A stretch of DNA of 64,000 nucleotides from Acutalibacteraceae bacterium (GTDB lineage: Bacteria > Bacillota > Clostridia > Oscillospirales > Acutalibacteraceae). Location of the stretch: the NCBI GenBank assembly GCA_045606545.1, contig JAZUSD010000102.1, positions 22,663 through 86,662 of the forward strand, read 5' to 3'. The notes under the pieces were generated by a model that searched no databases, was not told the DNA's origin, and saw only the letters and a program-made list of their open reading frames with translations. The position numbers were made by a program, and so were the translations under genes. Shown piece by piece: positions 10,596 through 20,080 of the stretch (position 1 is the first letter of the stretch; each line of letters opens with the position of its first letter).

Positions 10596-11693
10596 ATGGC
10601 ATTCACAGCTTTAGATGTTAAAAACTTAAGAGAAAAAACAGGCGTTGGTATGATGGAGTGCAAAAAAGCACTTACAGAAGCTGACGGTGATATGGATAGA
10701 GCATTTGAAATCCTTCGTGAAAGAGGACTTGCTGCTTCCGAGAAGAAAGCCAGCAGAATTGCTGCAGAAGGTGCAATCATCGCTTATACAGACGAAGATG
10801 CTAAAGTTACAGTTCTTCTTGAAATCAACTCTGAAACAGACTTCGTTGGTAAGAACGATAAGTTCCAGGAATTCGGTCTCAACGTTGCGAAAACAATCGC
10901 AGCAAACAAGCCTGCTTCAGTTGAAGCTCTTGCAGACCTTGCTCTTGTTTGTTCTGACAGAACAGTTACCGAAAACCTCAACGACCTTATCCTTGTTATC
11001 GGTGAAAACCTTAAAATCCGTCGTTTCGAAATCATTGAAGGTGATGTTGTAACATACATTCACGCAGGCGGTGCAGTTGGTGTTGCTGTTAAATTTGAAA
11101 CAAATCTCAGCGACAAAGCAGAATTCACAGCAATGGGTAAAAATATTGCTATGCAGGTTGCAGCTATGCGTCCCGAATACCTTGGTAAAGATTCTATCTC
11201 CGATGATGAACTTGCTAAGATGAAATCTATCACAATTGATAGCTCACTTAACAAACCCGAATCTCTTCCCAAGCCCATTCTTAATGCACTTTTCGATAAA
11301 GCAATCGCTGAAAATCTTTTCAGTGCTGAAGATGTTGCTGCTTACGAAGAAAATAAGAAGAGCCCCTATCTCTTCAATTTCCTTTCAAAAGAAGCAGTTG
11401 CTACTCTTGCATCTCTTGCAATTGCAGGTAAAGATGAATATATCACTAACAAAATCTTTGCAGGTGCAGTTGAAGGTCGTATTAAGAAACAGATTAAAGA
11501 AATCTGTCTCCTTGAACAGACATTCGTTCGTTCTGACCTCTTTGATGGTACTGTTGCAGGTTATGTTGCAAATGTTGCAAAAACAACCGGTGCTGATATC
11601 AAGGTTGTAAGCTTTGTTCGTCTTGAAAAAGGCGAAGGTCTCGAAAAAAGAGAAGACAATTTTGCTGACGAAGTTGCCAGCATGATGAAATAA
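10596..11693 (+). CDS. tsf: Translation elongation factor Ts
   Basis: LREKTGVGMMECKKALTEADGDMDRAFEILRERG UBA-like N-terminus, followed by INSETDFV. Confidence 0.93.
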   Translation: MAFTALDVKNLREKTGVGMMECKKALTEADGDMDRAFEILRERGLAASEKKASRIAAEGAIIAYTDEDAKVTVLLEINSETDFVGKNDKFQEFGLNVAKTIAANKPASVEALADLALVCSDRTVTENLNDLILVIGENLKIRRFEIIEGDVVTYIHAGGAVGVAVKFETNLSDKAEFTAMGKNIAMQVAAMRPEYLGKDSISDDELAKMKSITIDSSLNKPESLPKPILNALFDKAIAENLFSAEDVAAYEENKKSPYLFNFLSKEAVATLASLAIAGKDEYITNKIFAGAVEGRIKKQIKEICLLEQTFVRSDLFDGTVAGYVANVAKTTGADIKVVSFVRLEKGEGLEKREDNFADEVASMMK

Positions 11694-11703
11694 GATTTCA
11701 ATT

Positions 11704-11741
11704 GAGGGCGGCTTTCATTGAAAGTCGCTCCATACTTTTTT
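11704..11741 (+). terminator. Rho-independent terminator after tsf
   Basis: GCGGCUUUC-AUU-GAAAGUCGC stem (one G-U pair), with a U6 run 5 nt downstream. Confidence 0.55.
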
Positions 11742-11791
11742 AAAGTATTAAATTCCAGTTTTGGTAAACTATATAAAGTGGTGAGATTATT

Positions 11792-12982
11792 ATGGAAAGA
11801 AAAGTCGGTACTGTATCAAGAGGTATTCGTTGCCCTATTATCCGTGAAGGCGATAACCTTGTTGATATTGCAGTAAACAGCGTTATTGAAGCTGCTGAGA
11901 GCGAGGGCTTTGAACTTCGTGACAGAGATGTTGTTGCTCTTACAGAATCTATCGTTGCAAGAGCGCAGGGTAACTATGCCACAGTTCAGAACATTGCTGA
12001 CGATGTTAAAGCAAAGCTCGGCGGAGAAACAATTGGTGTTATTTTCCCCATTCTTTCAAGAAACCGTTTTGCAATCTGCCTTAAAGGTATTGCGATGGGC
12101 GCAAAGAAAGTTGTTCTTATGCTCAGTTATCCCAGCGATGAGGTTGGTAACTCTCTTTTAACTTATGACCAGCTTGATGATGCAGGAATTAACCCTTATT
12201 CAGATGTGCTTTCTCTTGAGAAATACAGGGAGCTCTTTGGTGAAAACAAGCACGAGTTTACAGGCGTTGACTATGTTGCTTATTATTCCGATATAATCAA
12301 AGAAGCAGGAGCAGAGGTTGAAATTGTTTTTGCAAATCAGGCCAAAACAATCCTCGATTATACTGACTGTGTTCTTACTTGCGATATTCACACCCGCGCA
12401 AGAACCAAGAGAATTCTTAAAGCTGCAGGTGCAAAGGTAGTTTGCGGTCTTGATGATATTCTTACTGCTTCCGTTAACGGTGGTGGTTGCAATGAAGCTT
12501 ATGGTCTTTTAGGTTCAAATAAATCAACTGAAGATACAATTAAATTGTTCCCCAGAGAATGTAATGACCTTGTAAAAGATATTCAGGCTGAATTCTTAAA
12601 AAGAACCGGTAAGCATATTGAAGTTATGGTTTATGGTGATGGTGCTTTCAAAGACCCTCAGGGCAAAATCTGGGAGCTTGCTGACCCGGTTGTTTCACCT
12701 GCACACACAGATGGACTTATCGGTACACCTAACGAGCTTAAACTTAAATACCTTGCAGATAATGACTTTAAAGGTCTTTCAGGCGCAGAACTTAAAGAGG
12801 CTATTTCTAACAGCATTAAGGCTAAATCCGGCAATCTTGTTGGTAATATGGCTTCTCAGGGTACAACACCCCGTCAGCTTACTGACCTTATCGGTTCACT
12901 TTGTGACCTTACAAGCGGTTCAGGTGATAAAGGTACACCCATTATTCTTGTTCAAGGCTATTTTGACAACTATACAGACTGA
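11792..12982 (+). CDS. CofE-like (F420-0:gamma-glutamyl ligase family) protein, long form
   Basis: The N-terminal 240 aa or so (VGTVSRGIRCPIIREGDNL...VALTESIVARAQG) resemble the CofE fold. There is an additional C-terminal 150 aa or so. Confidence 0.55.
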   Translation: MERKVGTVSRGIRCPIIREGDNLVDIAVNSVIEAAESEGFELRDRDVVALTESIVARAQGNYATVQNIADDVKAKLGGETIGVIFPILSRNRFAICLKGIAMGAKKVVLMLSYPSDEVGNSLLTYDQLDDAGINPYSDVLSLEKYRELFGENKHEFTGVDYVAYYSDIIKEAGAEVEIVFANQAKTILDYTDCVLTCDIHTRARTKRILKAAGAKVVCGLDDILTASVNGGGCNEAYGLLGSNKSTEDTIKLFPRECNDLVKDIQAEFLKRTGKHIEVMVYGDGAFKDPQGKIWELADPVVSPAHTDGLIGTPNELKLKYLADNDFKGLSGAELKEAISNSIKAKSGNLVGNMASQGTTPRQLTDLIGSLCDLTSGSGDKGTPIILVQGYFDNYTD

Positions 12983-13005
12983 TAATAAACGGAGGTTTAA
13001 CTGTT

Positions 13006-13986
13006 ATGGAAATTATTAAAAGACCCGATGATATGCAAAGAATTACAACAGTTGAACTTGCAGAGGCTTTCATTGCCGAACAAGTTGATAAAGTTCGCAA
13101 GCAAGTAGGCGATAAAAAAGTTCTTCTTGCTCTTTCAGGTGGTGTTGACTCATCAGTAGTTGCCGCTCTTCTTATTAAAGCAGTCGGCAAACAGCTCATC
13201 TGCGTTCACGTTAACCACGGACTTATGAGGAAAGGCGAAAGTGAGCAGGTTATCGAAGTTTTTGGTAAACAGCTTGATGCAAACCTTATCTATATTGATG
13301 CAACAGACCGTTTTCTTGATAAACTTGCAGGTGTTTCCGACCCTGAAAAGAAACGTAAAATTATCGGTAACGAATTTATTGAAGTTTTCAATGAAGAAGC
13401 TCTCAAGCTTACAGATATTGCCTTCCTTGCACAGGGCACAATTTATCCTGATATTCTTGAAAGCGATGGCGTTAAAGCTCACCACAATGTTGGCGGACTT
13501 CCCGAAGATATGAAGCTTGAGCTTTGTGAACCTGTTGCACTTCTTTATAAAGATGAAGTTCGTGTTGTTGGTTCTGCTCTTGGTCTTCCTGATGAAATGG
13601 TTTATCGTCAGCCATTTCCCGGTCCCGGACTCGGTGTTCGTTGCCTTGGCGCAATTACTCGCGACAGACTTCACGCATTAAGAGAAGCTGATGCAATTCT
13701 CCGTGAGGAATTTGATAAAAATGGTCTTGCAGGTAAGGTATGGCAGTATTTTATTGCTGTTCCTGATGTTAAGAGCGTCGGTGTAAAAAGTAGTAAGAGA
13801 TATGAAGGTTGGCCCGCAATTATCCGCGCAGTTAACACTACTGACGCTATGAGTGCAACAATCGAAGAAATTCCTTATGCACTTCTTCACCATATAACAG
13901 CCAGAATCACTCATGAGGTTGAAGGTATTAATCGCGTGCTTTACGATCTCACACCAAAGCCTATTGGCACAATTGAGTGGGAGTAA
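13006..13986 (+). CDS. guaA: GMP synthase, ATP pyrophosphatase (PP-loop) plus dimerisation domains only, with no glutamine amidotransferase domain
   Basis: PP-loop motif LALSGGVDSSV, HHNVGGLP, and the C-terminal GuaA signature PGPGLGVRCLG...IEWE. Only about 25 aa precede the PP-loop region. Confidence 0.85.
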   Translation: MEIIKRPDDMQRITTVELAEAFIAEQVDKVRKQVGDKKVLLALSGGVDSSVVAALLIKAVGKQLICVHVNHGLMRKGESEQVIEVFGKQLDANLIYIDATDRFLDKLAGVSDPEKKRKIIGNEFIEVFNEEALKLTDIAFLAQGTIYPDILESDGVKAHHNVGGLPEDMKLELCEPVALLYKDEVRVVGSALGLPDEMVYRQPFPGPGLGVRCLGAITRDRLHALREADAILREEFDKNGLAGKVWQYFIAVPDVKSVGVKSSKRYEGWPAIIRAVNTTDAMSATIEEIPYALLHHITARITHEVEGINRVLYDLTPKPIGTIEWE

Positions 13987-13997
13987 AAAGTAAATTT

Positions 13998-14032
13998 AAC
14001 AGAGTATTGCGATTTTCGCAATACTCTGTTTT
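13998..14032 (+). terminator. Rho-independent terminator after guaA
   Basis: Perfect 15-bp stem AACAGAGTATTGCGA / TCGCAATACTCTGTT, followed by T residues. Confidence 0.8.
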
Positions 14033-14049
14033 ACTATATATAAATTATT

Positions 14050-15009
14050 ATGAAAAATATAACTTTCGAAGAATTCAATAGCTTAGAGTTCAAATTATAT
14101 GAAAATAATCCTATAATAAAAAATCCGCTTAATAGTTTTGTTGTTGCTGACCCAAGTGTGATAACACCTGATGTTTCTCATGATGGGTTGTGGCATCTAT
14201 TTTGTCATACTTTTTTTGGTGTTTATATGTATAACAGCAATGATGGTGTGAACTTCGAGAAAAAGGGGAGAATTGTTAAAAATGCAATGCGCCCTAATAT
14301 CAATTACATTGATGGTACATATTATCTCTTTTATGAAAAGACAAAAACACCAATAGAAAATGCACTTGCGGTTTTTAGCGGTAAATGGAAATCGGAAATA
14401 TACTGCACAGAATCTATTGATTTAAAAAATTGGTCGAAACCTTATTTAGTTTTAGGTAATACCAAAGATTACGAAGTTGACGAAAACGGACAAGCACTTT
14501 CAAATCCTTTTTTATTGAATATAAATGGCAGAAACAGGCTTTATTATTCCTGCGGTCAGACTTTTATCAAAGACTGTGGTTTCTGTGAGCCGAGATACAT
14601 TTCCTTTGCTGAAAGTGATTCAATTACAACAGGTTATATCTCAAGAATCGAACCAATAATAAAACCCGATGAAGAAACAGAATATCTGAATCTTTGCTCG
14701 GGTTGCTTGAAGGTATATAAATTAAAGGATTGCTATGTAGGTCTTCAAAACGGATTATTTGAAAAGGAGGGTAAAAGCCACTCCGCAATTGTTCTTCTAA
14801 AATCCGAAGATGGAGTAAATTTTGAATTTGTCAAATATTTTTTAGTGCCTCAGAAATGCGGTAACAGTAACTGGATGGCACAATATGTTTATGCTTGTTG
14901 CTTAATTTTTTATGATAATAAATTCAGACTTTATTTTAATGCGCGCAATGTTTCTAACAATCTTCTTGGCAGAGAAAGTATAGGTATTTTTGAAAGTGAG
15001 ATTATTTAA
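14050..15009 (+). CDS. Cytoplasmic glycoside hydrolase-like five-bladed beta-propeller protein (GH43/GH130-like fold)
   Basis: NPIIKNP...VADPSVI...DGLWHLF...DGVNFEKKG propeller-blade motifs. No signal peptide. Confidence 0.5.
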   Translation: MKNITFEEFNSLEFKLYENNPIIKNPLNSFVVADPSVITPDVSHDGLWHLFCHTFFGVYMYNSNDGVNFEKKGRIVKNAMRPNINYIDGTYYLFYEKTKTPIENALAVFSGKWKSEIYCTESIDLKNWSKPYLVLGNTKDYEVDENGQALSNPFLLNINGRNRLYYSCGQTFIKDCGFCEPRYISFAESDSITTGYISRIEPIIKPDEETEYLNLCSGCLKVYKLKDCYVGLQNGLFEKEGKSHSAIVLLKSEDGVNFEFVKYFLVPQKCGNSNWMAQYVYACCLIFYDNKFRLYFNARNVSNNLLGRESIGIFESEII

Positions 15010-15011
15010 TT

Positions 15012-15557
15012 ATGATATATGAATTAAAAAATTGCAGAGATGGTTCAGTTGCGCCATATAAAACAACTGTTGATATCAGTGAAATTAACGGTATTTTAAC
15101 TTTTAAATTTTTCGCAGAGCATACTGAATTTTACTGCCCTCATCATAATTATAATGACATTCATTCCGAAGGTGATGCCTGTGAAGTGTTGATAGGTTCA
15201 GACCCTGATAGACGATTTTATTATGAAATAGAAATCAGTCCTGAAAATAAATTGATGTGCGCTCTTATGGAGAACAAGGGCGACGATGAAAATGGTATTC
15301 CAATATTAGAAATCAATTTTGTTGACCAGCCTTTTGTGGAAAGCAATGTTATTCGTACCGAAAATTCCTATGAGGCGACGGTCAGTTTCCCGAAAGATAA
15401 AATATTATCAGGCAACGGTGAAATCTATTTCAATGCCTACAGATTGGAAACTGATGGAGGAGAAATGGACAAGCATTTATTCGCCTTAAATCCGACTATG
15501 AAACCAAAATTTCACAGACCCTCACATTTTCTGTGGCTTAGAGCTTTCTTGAAATAG
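15012..15557 (+). CDS. Carbohydrate-binding family 9-like (DOMON-like) protein
   Basis: 181 aa with FYYEIEISPENK and NAYRLETDG motifs, as remembered from CBM9-like proteins. The gene starts 3 nt after the upstream stop. Confidence 0.45.
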   Translation: MIYELKNCRDGSVAPYKTTVDISEINGILTFKFFAEHTEFYCPHHNYNDIHSEGDACEVLIGSDPDRRFYYEIEISPENKLMCALMENKGDDENGIPILEINFVDQPFVESNVIRTENSYEATVSFPKDKILSGNGEIYFNAYRLETDGGEMDKHLFALNPTMKPKFHRPSHFLWLRAFLK

Positions 15558-15665
15558 GAAAGCTTTTTTCTTTTGTATATTTTAACAAATAAATGTTGCT
15601 TTTGTAGATAAATTTTGTTATAGTGTACTTAAAGTTAATATTTTATTAACAAAGGAGATGGCAAA

Positions 15666-18281
15666 ATGAAAAGAATTAATAAGGTAACTGCTTTAATGCT
15701 TGTTTTAACTCTGCTTCTGACATGTCTGGCAGTTCCGGCATTTGCTGTAAGCGGAAATATTCCCGATGATGTTATCGGAATGTCAAGTCAAGTTGCTGTT
15801 GAGATTGAGCAGGAGGGTATAGTTCTTCTTAAAAATGAAGATAATTCTTTGCCACTTGCCGGTAAAAAGGTAAATGTTTTCGGTGCTGCATCCGTTGTTC
15901 CGCTTTTAGGTGGCGCTGGTTCAGGTGCAATTACAACTCATAATCCTGTATATTTCTATGAGGCACTGCAGGAGGCAGGAATTGTTTATAATACCGAGCT
16001 TATGGAGCTCTATGATGATTATTGCGGATCAAATGAAATTTTAAAAACCGGAAGTACAGTATTCAATAATCTCACTCAGCTTCTGCTTGCAAAAAGCTCG
16101 TTAAACGAAATGGATCCTGAAAAGCTAACCGACGATATAATGCAAAATGCAAAAGCTTTTTCGGATACTGCAATTATAGTTATTGGCAGAACAAGTGCTG
16201 AGAACTCCGATCTTTCTCCCGAAACTCTCGCATTAAGCGAAAATGAAAAAGCAATGGTTGAAAAGGTTACTTCAACATTCTCTGATGTTATTGTGCTTTT
16301 CAATATTGGTAATGTTATGGAAATGGGCTTCCTTGATGAATATGAAAGCATAAAGGCAGCTGCGCTTATATGGATACCCGGTGAATTTGGTATGAAAGCT
16401 GTTGCTCAGATGCTCAACGGTGATGTAAATCCTTCAGGCAGACTGGCTGACACTGTTGCTTATAGTATTTATGACCATCCCTCAACTCAGAATTTCGGTT
16501 CTTATGAATATGATGGTGGAGAATATTATGTTGAATATCAGGAAGGTATATATGTTGGATACCGTTACTTTGAAACCTTTGCAAAAGACAAGGTTCAGTT
16601 CCCGTTTGGTTATGGACTTTCCTATACATCTTTCACTAAAGAAATTGTTTCATCAAGCACTGAAAATGGTAAAATAAGCGTTGATGTTAAGGTTACAAAC
16701 GCAGGTGATGTCAGCGGTAAGGACACTGTTCAGATTTATTACAGCGCCCCATACACCGGTAAAATCGAAAAGAGTGCAATTGCATTGGGTGGATACGAAA
16801 AAACAAAGCTTCTTGCACCCAATGAAAGTGAAGTTTTAACAGTTGAATTTGATATAAATGATATGGCTTCTTATGACAGATTGATTAATGAAGCCTGGGT
16901 ACTTGAAAAAGGCGATTATAAGATTATTCTTGGCGAAAATGTTCGTGAACATATTGCTTCATTTACATATACAGTTGAAGAAGATGTTATAATTAAGCTT
17001 GACAGTGTTACAGGAACTACAATCGAAAATCTTTTTGATGATGCTTATTCAGGATTTACAATTCTTTCAAGAGCTAATCCAGCCGGCACATATCCTGCAT
17101 CAAGATATCTTGTTAAAACAGATGAAATCAAAAATGCTGATAAATATCCGGCAGCAACTAAAGAGGGAGAAGCACCTAAAATGGGGGTAACCTATGAAAC
17201 AGGTGTTATCACTCTACAGGATGTATATGAAAATGAAGAGCTTATGGATAAATTCCTTGACCAGCTTACACTCGATGAGATGACTAATCTGGTTGCTCGC
17301 GGTGGTTATCAGACTTATGGAATTGAAAGACTTGGCGTTCCGCAGACATGGGATAACGATGGTCCTTCAAGCATAAAGGGTGCTCACGGTATTGCTTATA
17401 CTGATAGTGGTACTGCTTATCCATGCGCAACTGCAATTGCTTGCACATGGAATAAAGAGCTTGCAAATAAAATGGGTGATAGTGTAGGTATCGAGGCAAG
17501 AAGCATTGGTACAGACATTTGGTATGCACCCGGTGTTAACATTCACAGAAACCCAATGGGTGGCAGAAACTTTGAATATTTCTCTGAAGACCCGGTTCTT
17601 TCCGGTACAATGGGTGCAGAGATTATAAATGGTGCTTGGGGACAAGGACTTGTTACAACAATCAAGCACTTTGCTATGAATGATCAGGAATCTCATCGAG
17701 CAGGCATTTTCACTTGGGCAGATGAACAGACAATGCGTGAAATTTATCTTAAGGCTTTTGAAATTCCGGTTAAAGAATCCGCTTGTTACGGCGTTATGTC
17801 TGCATATAACAGAATCGGTACTGACTGGTGCGGTGGTTGTTCAGAGCTTCTCAAAGATTTACTTCGTGAAGAATGGGGCTTTGATGGCTTTGTTGTTTCT
17901 GACTATTCAAATAACTTTATCGGTAATGGTCATATGAGTCCTGTTCTTGCAATTTATAATGGTAATGATACAATGCTAACAGGCGTCTGGATGCTGAATA
18001 TGCCTTCCCACGTTGCAGCAATTCAGTTGCAGTATTATGCAGACCCCATAGGCTTTGGTACAGCAATGAGAGAATGCTGCAGAAACATCCTTAAGGTTAA
18101 AATGAAAACAAAGGCATTCCTTGAACCGGGATACTTTGTTGATAATGAAGATTTAACTATTAAAGAAGAGGATTGGGAATATACAGAACCATATATCCTT
18201 TCAGTTTTCAACCTTGAATTTTCAAACTTCATAAATCAGATTGTTATGATTTTCAGAGAGTTTATAGATTGGAATTTCTAA
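15666..18281 (+). CDS. Secreted GH3 beta-glucosidase/xylosidase with reversed domain order
   Basis: Signal peptide [29 protein letters not shown]3 C-domain motifs come first (LLKNEDNSLPL, NPSGRLADT, FPFGYGLSYT), then an Fn3-like domain, then the (beta/alpha)8 domain (KHFAMNDQESHR, GFDGFVVSDY). Confidence 0.9.
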   Translation: MKRINKVTALMLVLTLLLTCLAVPAFAVSGNIPDDVIGMSSQVAVEIEQEGIVLLKNEDNSLPLAGKKVNVFGAASVVPLLGGAGSGAITTHNPVYFYEALQEAGIVYNTELMELYDDYCGSNEILKTGSTVFNNLTQLLLAKSSLNEMDPEKLTDDIMQNAKAFSDTAIIVIGRTSAENSDLSPETLALSENEKAMVEKVTSTFSDVIVLFNIGNVMEMGFLDEYESIKAAALIWIPGEFGMKAVAQMLNGDVNPSGRLADTVAYSIYDHPSTQNFGSYEYDGGEYYVEYQEGIYVGYRYFETFAKDKVQFPFGYGLSYTSFTKEIVSSSTENGKISVDVKVTNAGDVSGKDTVQIYYSAPYTGKIEKSAIALGGYEKTKLLAPNESEVLTVEFDINDMASYDRLINEAWVLEKGDYKIILGENVREHIASFTYTVEEDVIIKLDSVTGTTIENLFDDAYSGFTILSRANPAGTYPASRYLVKTDEIKNADKYPAATKEGEAPKMGVTYETGVITLQDVYENEELMDKFLDQLTLDEMTNLVARGGYQTYGIERLGVPQTWDNDGPSSIKGAHGIAYTDSGTAYPCATAIACTWNKELANKMGDSVGIEARSIGTDIWYAPGVNIHRNPMGGRNFEYFSEDPVLSGTMGAEIINGAWGQGLVTTIKHFAMNDQESHRAGIFTWADEQTMREIYLKAFEIPVKESACYGVMSAYNRIGTDWCGGCSELLKDLLREEWGFDGFVVSDYSNNFIGNGHMSPVLAIYNGNDTMLTGVWMLNMPSHVAAIQLQYYADPIGFGTAMRECCRNILKVKMKTKAFLEPGYFVDNEDLTIKEEDWEYTEPYILSVFNLEFSNFINQIVMIFREFIDWNF

Positions 18282-18315
18282 ACAAAGTCGGGTCCACCTT
18301 TGGACCCGACTTTGT
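18282..18315. terminator. Bidirectional terminator between convergent genes
   Basis: Perfect 15-bp stem ACAAAGTCGGGTCCA / TGGACCCGACTTTGT with loop CCTT. Confidence 0.8.
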
Positions 18316-18316
18316 T

Positions 18317-19948
18317 TTAGAATATAATGTTATTTTCATTCATAATTGACCCAACATTTTTAGTTTTAATTTCAAAATCTGTATCAAAGGTGTTGTTTAT
18401 TATTTCTGCTTCTTTCAGGTATTCGAGCCAGAAAACATGCTTTTCACCAATGGGGTTTTTAAATGTGTTGTTTTCGAGAACAAGCTTTCCGTGAACATAA
18501 CCTTGGAAGCTTTCATCAATAATTTTTGGTGTGTAGCGAATAACCGGTGCACCGGGGTAGGTTTTACCATGGTCGCAACTTATAACTGTATTATTTCTGA
18601 AAATTACTTCTTTTGAATAGCCTGATTCGAACCAGAAATTGCAATCATCTTCCATAAGAAGAGCAGGACCCTGGAGTTTATAGAATTTATTGTTTTCTAT
18701 AATTATTTCTCCACGTGTTGTGCAGAGAATACCTCTACCGCTTGTTGTACCAAAATCGCAATTTCTTACATATAAATTTGGTGTCCATGTTACGTTTTCA
18801 ACAACATCTTTTTCAATTTTGATTTCAGGTAAAGGTCTGTCAAGCTTTAACAAAATATCGGTATCATTAAGCTTTTTATATGCAATAACCTTAGTTACTT
18901 CATAGGGTTGAAGATTGTTCCATTTGATAAATTCAAGCTCATCGCCAATTTCAAAAGCCTGAAAACCCCAACTTTCATCGTGCATAAATCGAACAATTAT
19001 TGAGTTATTTTCATTATTAGCTTCAATTATTCTCAAGTGAGTACCGTGGACATTAATATAATCATCATGCGCACCTTGTGCTTTGCAGTTTTCAACAATT
19101 AAATTTCCCTTGCAGCCTGAAAACTGAAAGAAATCTGCGGTGCTTGTAATTGATCTGTGAGGGGCAGGAGTAAGGTCGCAATTTATATATGTAACATTTT
19201 CGCAGAATTGAGAAACCATACCCAAACCGTGCATAAATTTAACTCTTAAATTTTCAAAAAAGAGATTTTTACATCGTTGGAAAAGGCTACCGGTCTGGTC
19301 ACGAACAATGTTTCTTGTCTGAAAAATTGCACCAACAGGGAAATCAGCATCTTTTTTCTTTAAAACAACCTTTAATTGATTATTTCCTAAATCTTCAATT
19401 TCTTCAAAAACCAAGTCGGCTCTTCTGAAATCTCTCGGGATACCTGTTTCAGGGTCAAATAGCTTGATATGTCTGCGATTGCCGATATATGAATCCTCCC
19501 AATAAGGAACACCTGATAAATCATTTTCGCCTTGCCAGATTAAATTATTACCCTCAATTCTGTAAAAGCAATCTTCATTAATTTCAATAACACAAGTTCC
19601 ATTTTCGTTGGAAATAACCTTAAACTCTGCCATTGTGGGACAAGCATAATCGATAATTAGGTTTTTTATAGTGATATTTTCGCAATTGTTCAGTAAAAGG
19701 GGAGTCATTTTGCCGTGAACAAGCAAGGTTGCACCGTTTCCGTCAATGGTAACATTCTTTTTACCGTCTAAATAAAGTGCGGAAAAACGAGTTCCGTCAG
19801 GATTTTCGTGCTTTTTTGCAGTATTGGAGCAGTAAAATCCTTTTAAAGAAAAAGAATCGTCCTGACGAACATCATATATTTTGTTTTTTTCTAATATAAT
19901 TACATCATTATCTTTAATTTCGGAAACTAAATTGCAAAAATCATTCAT
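18317..19948 (-). CDS. Right-handed parallel beta-helix protein (probable glycosidase/lyase, cytoplasmic)
   Basis: Repeated N-x-T-I/V-x-N turns (NVTIDGNGATLLVHG, CENITIKNLIIDY, NVTYINCDL, LIVENCKA). No signal peptide. Confidence 0.65.
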   Translation of the reverse strand: MNDFCNLVSEIKDNDVIILEKNKIYDVRQDDSFSLKGFYCSNTAKKHENPDGTRFSALYLDGKKNVTIDGNGATLLVHGKMTPLLLNNCENITIKNLIIDYACPTMAEFKVISNENGTCVIEINEDCFYRIEGNNLIWQGENDLSGVPYWEDSYIGNRRHIKLFDPETGIPRDFRRADLVFEEIEDLGNNQLKVVLKKKDADFPVGAIFQTRNIVRDQTGSLFQRCKNLFFENLRVKFMHGLGMVSQFCENVTYINCDLTPAPHRSITSTADFFQFSGCKGNLIVENCKAQGAHDDYINVHGTHLRIIEANNENNSIIVRFMHDESWGFQAFEIGDELEFIKWNNLQPYEVTKVIAYKKLNDTDILLKLDRPLPEIKIEKDVVENVTWTPNLYVRNCDFGTTSGRGILCTTRGEIIIENNKFYKLQGPALLMEDDCNFWFESGYSKEVIFRNNTVISCDHGKTYPGAPVIRYTPKIIDESFQGYVHGKLVLENNTFKNPIGEKHVFWLEYLKEAEIINNTFDTDFEIKTKNVGSIMNENNIIF

Positions 19949-20080
19949 AATAAAACCGCTTTCAAAAGTTTTATATTGATTATACTTTCTGTTACAGAAA
20001 AATACAATGTTTTTTATAGTAGATATTTTTAATTATTTATGTTAAAATGGAAGAAATTATTAGATAATTGAGGTCATTAT

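Noticed and set aside
10596-11693. Unusually long EF-Ts (365 aa)
   Set aside because: The length is within the range seen in Firmicutes (about 290-350 aa and longer), and the sequence is colinear with EF-Ts throughout.
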